NCBI GenBank assembly: GCA_963665615.2
Contig: CAXXQE010000001.1
Location: 451,151-515,150 of the forward strand
Direction of reading: 5' to 3'
DNA: 64,000 nt
Source: Syntrophales bacterium
GTDB taxonomy: Bacteria > Desulfobacterota > Syntrophia > Syntrophales > UBA4778
This document shows, piece after piece, positions 58,601 to 64,000 of this stretch. The position numbers and the translations under genes were made by a program. The notes below the pieces were generated by a model. That model was not told the DNA's origin, did not search any database, and saw only the letters and a program-made list of their open reading frames with translations. The first letter of the stretch is position 1, and the number at the start of each line of letters is the position of its first letter.

Positions 58601-59452
58601 TCAACGTCCGCTCTGGCCGTGCTGGTTGGCGGCCCGTTTCAAGTCGCCGCTCTTTTTAAAGAGGACGCCCAGAAAAGGCGTCTTGCCCTTTTGCAGTGTC
58701 TTGACGTCGAAATCCGGATCGGCCGTCAGGGCGCGGATCCAGTTGATCAATTCGCGGGTGGCCGGCTTTTTCTCGATCTCGCGTATTTCCCGGAGCCGAT
58801 AGAACGCCTCGGTGCAGGCTTCAGCCACCGAATCGGCGAGCATCGGGAAGTGGACGTGCAGGATGCGGCGCATCATATCCGGTTCAGGGAAGGCGATGTG
58901 ATGGAAATTGCAGCGTCCGAGGAATGGGTCTGAGAGATCCTTCTTGGCGTTGGAGGTGATGACAATAACGGGACGGTGAATTGCAGAGATGGTCTTGTCG
59001 ATTTCGATGATATCAAACTGCATCTGGTCGAGCACATCGAGCATGTCATCCTGAAAATCCGTATCGGCCTTGTCGATTTCATCGATGAGCAGCACGCAGC
59101 GTACGTCTGAACAGAAGGCCTGTCCAATCTTTCCCATCTTGATATAGTTTTCGATATTGCTGACCTCGCGCTTCGAGTCGCCGAAACGGCTGTCATTGAG
59201 GCGGGTCAGGGTATCGTACTGATAGAGGGCATCGACGAGCTTCATGCTGGATTTGACGTTCAGGACGATCAACGGCATTTGCAGCGTGTCTGCAATGGCA
59301 TGTGCCAGCATGGTCTTGCCCGTGCCCGGTTCACCCTTGAGCAGGAGGGGCATCTCCAGGGCCCTTGAGACGTTGACGATGCGTGACAGTTCATCGTCGA
59401 GCACGTATTTGGAAGATCCCGAGAAGCGGCCCTCGACTTTTTCTCTTTTCAT
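58601..59452 (-). CDS. MoxR-family AAA+ ATPase
   Basis: GEPGTGKT, LLIDEIDKAD, ITSN; ATG 59452 after AGGAG. Confidence 0.9.
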   Translation of the reverse strand: MKREKVEGRFSGSSKYVLDDELSRIVNVSRALEMPLLLKGEPGTGKTMLAHAIADTLQMPLIVLNVKSSMKLVDALYQYDTLTRLNDSRFGDSKREVSNIENYIKMGKIGQAFCSDVRCVLLIDEIDKADTDFQDDMLDVLDQMQFDIIEIDKTISAIHRPVIVITSNAKKDLSDPFLGRCNFHHIAFPEPDMMRRILHVHFPMLADSVAEACTEAFYRLREIREIEKKPATRELINWIRALTADPDFDVKTLQKGKTPFLGVLFKKSGDLKRAANQHGQSGR

Positions 59453-59625
59453 AATTTGACTCCTGAGCCACCGGCATGACCGGGGCGATGCATTTTTTCC
59501 GTGGTCTTTGTATGCCATTTTGCGAAAAAATGCTATCCTCAAAAATTCTGATTGTTGACAAGGCGCATGTCCTGTGCAAGGGTAAGTACGCGCCGGTGCA
59601 GCATATCGCCGATCTGGAGGCACGC

Positions 59626-60276
59626 GTGTCCATACGAAAATACGAACAGCGCATTCTTCTGACGATAGGGATGGCGGCGCTCATCCTTTCCGGCCTCCAT
59701 CCTTACGACCGAGCCACCTGGGTGATGGAGGTTTTTCCGATTTTTATCGGGATTCCCATTCTCGTCGTAACCTATCGGAGATTTCCGTTCACGCCCCTGG
59801 CCTATCGGTTGATCTTTCTCCATATCCTGATTCTGATCATCGGCGGTCATTATACCTATGCCCGGGTGCCGTTCGGTTTCTGGGTGCAGGATCTCCTGGA
59901 TCTGGGTCGCAACCATTATGACCGGTTGGGACATCTGGCACAGGGCTTTGTCCCCGCCATCCTGGCCCGCGAAATCCTTATTCGCCGCTCACCGCTCAAG
60001 CAGGGAAAGTGGCTCTTTTTCATCGTGACCTGCGTCTGCCTGGCGATCAGCGCCTGTTACGAGTTTGTCGAATGGTGGGCCGCCCTCATCGGTGGTGAGA
60101 GGGCGGATGATTTTTTAGGAACGCAGGGAGATGTCTGGGATACGCAATGGGACATGTTTCTCGCTTTTATCGGTGCGATGCTCGGTCAGTTCTTCTTTTC
60201 GAGCTTGCATGACAGGGAGTTGGCAGTACTTATGGAAGAACATCGACAAACGGACATCAGCAAGGAGGCCGTATGA
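59626..60276 (+). CDS. DUF2238/YjdF family membrane protein
   Basis: GGHYTYARVP, RNHYDRLGH, YEFVEW, FLGTQGDVWDTQWDM; GTG after GGAGG. Confidence 0.9.
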   Translation: MSIRKYEQRILLTIGMAALILSGLHPYDRATWVMEVFPIFIGIPILVVTYRRFPFTPLAYRLIFLHILILIIGGHYTYARVPFGFWVQDLLDLGRNHYDRLGHLAQGFVPAILAREILIRRSPLKQGKWLFFIVTCVCLAISACYEFVEWWAALIGGERADDFLGTQGDVWDTQWDMFLAFIGAMLGQFFFSSLHDRELAVLMEEHRQTDISKEAV

Positions 60277-60518
60277 TGACGATTTTCGAAGTCAAGGCAA
60301 TGCTTTTGTGGAGCCTTGCGATCAATTATGTCCTTTTGATTCTCTGGTTTGCGGTGTTCGTCTGCGCTCATGACTGGCTGTATCGGTTGCATACGCGATG
60401 GTTCAAACTCACCGTCGAAACCTTTGACGCCATCCATTATGCAGGTATGGCAGTCTACAAGATTGGCATTATCTTATTGAACTTAACGCCGTGGGCAACG
60501 CTTTATCTATTATATTGA
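60273..60518 (+). CDS. Small membrane protein (DUF6868-like)
   Basis: INY..L..WF, H..WF, FDAIHY.GM..YK, NL.P; ATGA overlap. Confidence 0.75.
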   Translation: MMTIFEVKAMLLWSLAINYVLLILWFAVFVCAHDWLYRLHTRWFKLTVETFDAIHYAGMAVYKIGIILLNLTPWATLYLLY

Positions 60519-60969
60519 CAGGGCTGATTGCAGGAAACGTCTAGCAGGCGACTCGGATCAAGTTGCGGAAGGCAAGCATTTCCATAAGCTTTTTCCGTTC
60601 CCATGGCCGACCTGCTTTGTTTTCATACACCTCCTCAGCGAAGCGTCTTCCATATCCCCACATCAACCTTAACAGATCAGTATTGTCGGTTTTTTTTGGG
60701 GGGGGGCGTTAAGAAGCCATCAATATTAATGCAAAACGGCCTTTTCTTGTATAAAATGGACTTGCATTGAGTGGAAAAATCCCATAGGTATTTGCATGTT
60801 ATTTCACAGTGACGATGTTCGGAAGCTCAGTCAAAATGCTTCGACTTTCTTGCATTTTGTGGCAAACGGTCGCTTTGTGATCAGAATTAGTTTTTTGACA
60901 TTGACACCAAAAGTCGGTAGTTAGACTATTCCCGTGCAAAGTCCGGGAATCTCAGGCAAGGTTGATTTC

Positions 60970-63738
60970 ATGAAGTTGGTTGAAGGAACAGCCCCCGAAC
61001 AGTCTACAGGATATTCGTCCAGGATGCTTATCAGCACCAAAGTCGATATCCCCCCGCTCAAAGAGAGGATGCTTCGCCGTGCAAATCTGCTGGCAAAGCT
61101 CGTGAAGAGCAGCGGCGCCCGCCTAGTTTTGATTTCCGGAGAGGCGGCTTCCGGGAAGACCTCTCTAGCCTGTCAGTGGATTCATGAAGAGGGGCTGGAC
61201 GCTGCCTGGTATACCCTCGATGCGGATGACAATGATCCAGATCTATTTCTCCGTTACCTGCTGACGTCCCTCGCTAAAATCGACCCAGGCCTCCGACCGG
61301 TTTTAACTCCATGGATTAAAAGCCAAAAGCACTTTTCCATTAAGGAGGTTGCACCTTTCCTTATTCAGCATTATCAGGGTGTCCGGAAGGATCTCTACAT
61401 AGTCCTCGACGACTATCATCTTATCGTTGATGAAGCAGTTCATGAGGCCGTTTCGCTTCTTCTCAAGCATCTTCCACCACACCTTCACTTGGTGATCCTG
61501 ACACGTCACGACGTGCCTTTTTCGGTTTCTTTCCTGCGGGTGAGAGAGCAGATGGTAGAGATAACCGCCAGGGAGATGAAGCTGACCGAACAGGAGACGG
61601 GGTTGTTCTTTACTGACATCGTTCCCTGCAACCTGTCAGATGAGCAGCGCGAAGAGGTTTTCCGGCAGACAGAAGGGTGGATAGGCGGTCTTCAACTCTT
61701 TACGCTTTCCTTTAAAGGCAATGGGGTGCGTTCACACGGCAAGAAAGGCGTCCATCCTTACAGCGCGTGGATGAAAGATTATCTGATTGAGGAGGTCTTG
61801 AATGCTCAAGAAGAGAAGATCAGAAAATTTCTGTACATGACGTGCCCGCTCGATCGCTTCAATGTGGAGGTTTGCAAAGAAGTCACGGGCGGCGACGATG
61901 CAGGGGCATTACTCGATCATGTCTATCGGAACAACCTCTTTCTCTTAGCCCTCGACACGGAGGGGGAATGGTATCGTTACCACCCTCTTTTGTCCGATGC
62001 GGTGAGACGGCGATTTCAAATAGATTCTCCAGAGGCGGTTGCCAATGTGCATCGCAAGGCGGGTCTGTGGTTTAGCCGAAACGGTTATGCAGAAGACGCC
62101 CTGCGCCATGCTTTTGCAACCAACGATGTTGAATTTGCCGCTGACATGCTCGAAGATCGTTCCCTTCTTTTCCTGGATCTGTCAGCGCAAAGGTGGCTGA
62201 ACCGGCTCCCCGAGGCAGTGCGGATGGAACGGCCCATCCTCGGGCTTTTTGTGTGCAATGATTATTTGCAGTCGATGCAGGTGTCTAAGGCGGAACAGAT
62301 ACTCAACGATATAGAACGTCGCAAGGATCAGTTGTTTTCCCGTTATGGCGTCGCCAAGCAATCGTACTGCGAGGATTTGCTCGTGCTGGAGCAGTGCCTC
62401 CTTGTCTATTACCGCAATCCTCTGACGGTCGATGTCCATCAACTTGAAAAAAAATATGATGCGCTCTGGCCTCGAAACCGGAACCTGGCAGCTTTGATCA
62501 AAATCGCTATCGCAGCAAGCCATGTCTTTCAAGGGGAGCTGAGAAAGGCGTTTGATACGCTTCAGGGCCTTTCGGGCGCTTTTGACATGTCAGAATCCCC
62601 TTATGGCGCGATCATTTGGTTCTCTTTACTCGCGTCTGTAGAAATTCAACGGGGACGCTTGTCACAGGCGGAGGCTCTTCTGGATGCTGCATCGGAAAGC
62701 CTTGAACAGGAAGGTCTTTCATATTCGCCCCTTCGTTTTCTGACGGACCTGCCGAGGGCGTGGCTATGCTATTACAGGAATGATCTCAACAGGGCCTCAG
62801 AACTGCTCGCCAACGTTCTATCCTGTATGCAGGCAGTCGATGTCCGTGCCCATGTTTTAGATGCCGGTTTTTTAAGCAGCCTCATCCATTTGGCCAACGG
62901 TCGCTTTGAAGAGGCCGCTGGCGTTGTGAAAAAAATGAGGTTGACGGCGCCGCCGGAAAGTGAATGGCTTCGAGTGTTCGACGCCCTTTCCTTAGCTCTG
63001 TCCTTGATCGCGGGAGAGGGTGAAGGGAGGATGCAGTGGCTTGCGCAAAAGCAGTCATTGCGAGATGCATCCTTTTCGCTGTTGGGGTGCGTGGAGCGCA
63101 CAATTTATGCGGATATCTATCGTGTTCTTGGTCAGCCTGAGGAGGCGGCAGCGATGCTCGGCGTTCTCAGAGAACGCTGTGTCCAGGAACATATGCTGCT
63201 GCATATGCTAATAGTTGATATCAAGCTGGGGGCTATTTATTGGGCGCGCGGCGAACGCGAACGCGCAAAGGCTACGCTCGAAAAGGCCCTTGTTTTTGCA
63301 GACAAAGAAAATTGTCTGCAGCCTTTTCTTTCTGAGGTCTCTCTGATTGCTCCGGTGTTGCAGGAAATAGCGAATGACCCGCCTCTAGGCCTCTCGACGG
63401 CATTTCTTCAGGCCATTTTAGCGGCATGCGGCATTGCAGGGGATGGCGCCAGACAGATCAACATGAGGCAGGGCCGTCTGAACAGATTAACAGACCGTGA
63501 GCTCGAGATCCTGCGCTTCATGGTTCAGGGCTATAAGAACAGAGAGATTGCAGAGAAGGCCTTCGTTTCGCTCGATACGGTCAAGACACACCTGAAACAT
63601 ATTTATGGAAAACTCCGCGTGGAGACAAGGGTGCAGGCTATGTTACGGACTGAGGAGTTGAAGATATTCGGCCATCAGCAGGATCAAGTTAATGTGGCAT
63701 CATCGGGATTGGGCGATTCTTTGCCCTTGCTCCGGTGA
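60970..63738 (+). CDS. MalT-like STAND ATPase / LuxR HTH transcriptional regulator
   Basis: TK...P, GEAASGKT, VLDDYH, TEGW, WYRYH, LTDRE...TVKTHLKHIYGKL; start uncertain (60934/60970/61023). Confidence 0.92.
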   Translation: MKLVEGTAPEQSTGYSSRMLISTKVDIPPLKERMLRRANLLAKLVKSSGARLVLISGEAASGKTSLACQWIHEEGLDAAWYTLDADDNDPDLFLRYLLTSLAKIDPGLRPVLTPWIKSQKHFSIKEVAPFLIQHYQGVRKDLYIVLDDYHLIVDEAVHEAVSLLLKHLPPHLHLVILTRHDVPFSVSFLRVREQMVEITAREMKLTEQETGLFFTDIVPCNLSDEQREEVFRQTEGWIGGLQLFTLSFKGNGVRSHGKKGVHPYSAWMKDYLIEEVLNAQEEKIRKFLYMTCPLDRFNVEVCKEVTGGDDAGALLDHVYRNNLFLLALDTEGEWYRYHPLLSDAVRRRFQIDSPEAVANVHRKAGLWFSRNGYAEDALRHAFATNDVEFAADMLEDRSLLFLDLSAQRWLNRLPEAVRMERPILGLFVCNDYLQSMQVSKAEQILNDIERRKDQLFSRYGVAKQSYCEDLLVLEQCLLVYYRNPLTVDVHQLEKKYDALWPRNRNLAALIKIAIAASHVFQGELRKAFDTLQGLSGAFDMSESPYGAIIWFSLLASVEIQRGRLSQAEALLDAASESLEQEGLSYSPLRFLTDLPRAWLCYYRNDLNRASELLANVLSCMQAVDVRAHVLDAGFLSSLIHLANGRFEEAAGVVKKMRLTAPPESEWLRVFDALSLALSLIAGEGEGRMQWLAQKQSLRDASFSLLGCVERTIYADIYRVLGQPEEAAAMLGVLRERCVQEHMLLHMLIVDIKLGAIYWARGERERAKATLEKALVFADKENCLQPFLSEVSLIAPVLQEIANDPPLGLSTAFLQAILAACGIAGDGARQINMRQGRLNRLTDRELEILRFMVQGYKNREIAEKAFVSLDTVKTHLKHIYGKLRVETRVQAMLRTEELKIFGHQQDQVNVASSGLGDSLPLLR

Positions 63739-63769
63739 GTTTCGAAGATATCCTTTAGAGTGGCGAAAA

Positions 63770-63814
63770 ATCACCCGAAAGGGTGATGTGAAACGGGTTT
63801 CAACAAATTATACT
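63770..63814 (+). promoter_or_regulatory. Palindromic activator site plus -10 box
   Basis: ATCACCC-GAAA-GGGTGAT (63770-63787) centred about 42 bp upstream of the start predicted from TATACT (63809-63814). Confidence 0.55.
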
Positions 63815-64000
63815 CGCTGCGCATGAATTTTAGAGGTACGATTTAAGTATGGAGTGCTTTCGTGGAGTTACTCCCAAGGGAGTTCCATCAGACATATTTA
63901 AACGCCCTATATGGGACGTGTATGATCCACAGGCTGTGAACGACCATCATCGTATAGAGACGGTTCACTTCGCGAAGGGGTGCTTGGGATAGAAATATGA

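Noticed and set aside
60970..63738. STAND ATPase as an Avs defence protein
   Set aside because: C-terminal LuxR HTH and MalT motifs indicate a transcription activator

Overview
Chromosomal window from an anaerobic deltaproteobacterium. The gene content (PFOR, class II RNR, rubrerythrin-like protein, CoA transferases, Tol-Pal) suggests Syntrophales/Desulfobacterota, which is inference only. It holds about 60 mostly housekeeping CDSs: tolQRAB-pal-cpoB, PilZ-motA-motB, sirtuin-NRDE-Nudix, coaD, nifJ, nrdJ with NrdR boxes, MarR-EmrAB and MdtAB-type efflux, pcnB, DAHP synthase, cysE, prfC, a KdnA-like aminotransferase, thiolase/DUF35, a CaiB/BaiF CoA transferase, MoxR-VWA and a MalT-like regulator. 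I saw no rRNA, tRNA, CRISPR array or transposase. The best novelty candidate is a compact RiPP-like locus at 22392-24152. It runs sigma70 promoter, an unannotated 20-aa ORF (MRIKKIRRRVRGLCKCKKSC, missing from the ORF track), an intrinsic terminator, a Cys-rich hypothetical protein, then a radical SAM/SPASM enzyme with an RRE-like N-terminus. The second candidate is a roughly 200-nt structured leader with terminator/antiterminator alternatives upstream of PFOR. At least two families of dispersed palindromic/MITE-like repeats are also present, and one of them brackets AT-richer genes. All family calls come from motif recognition by eye; no database searches were run.
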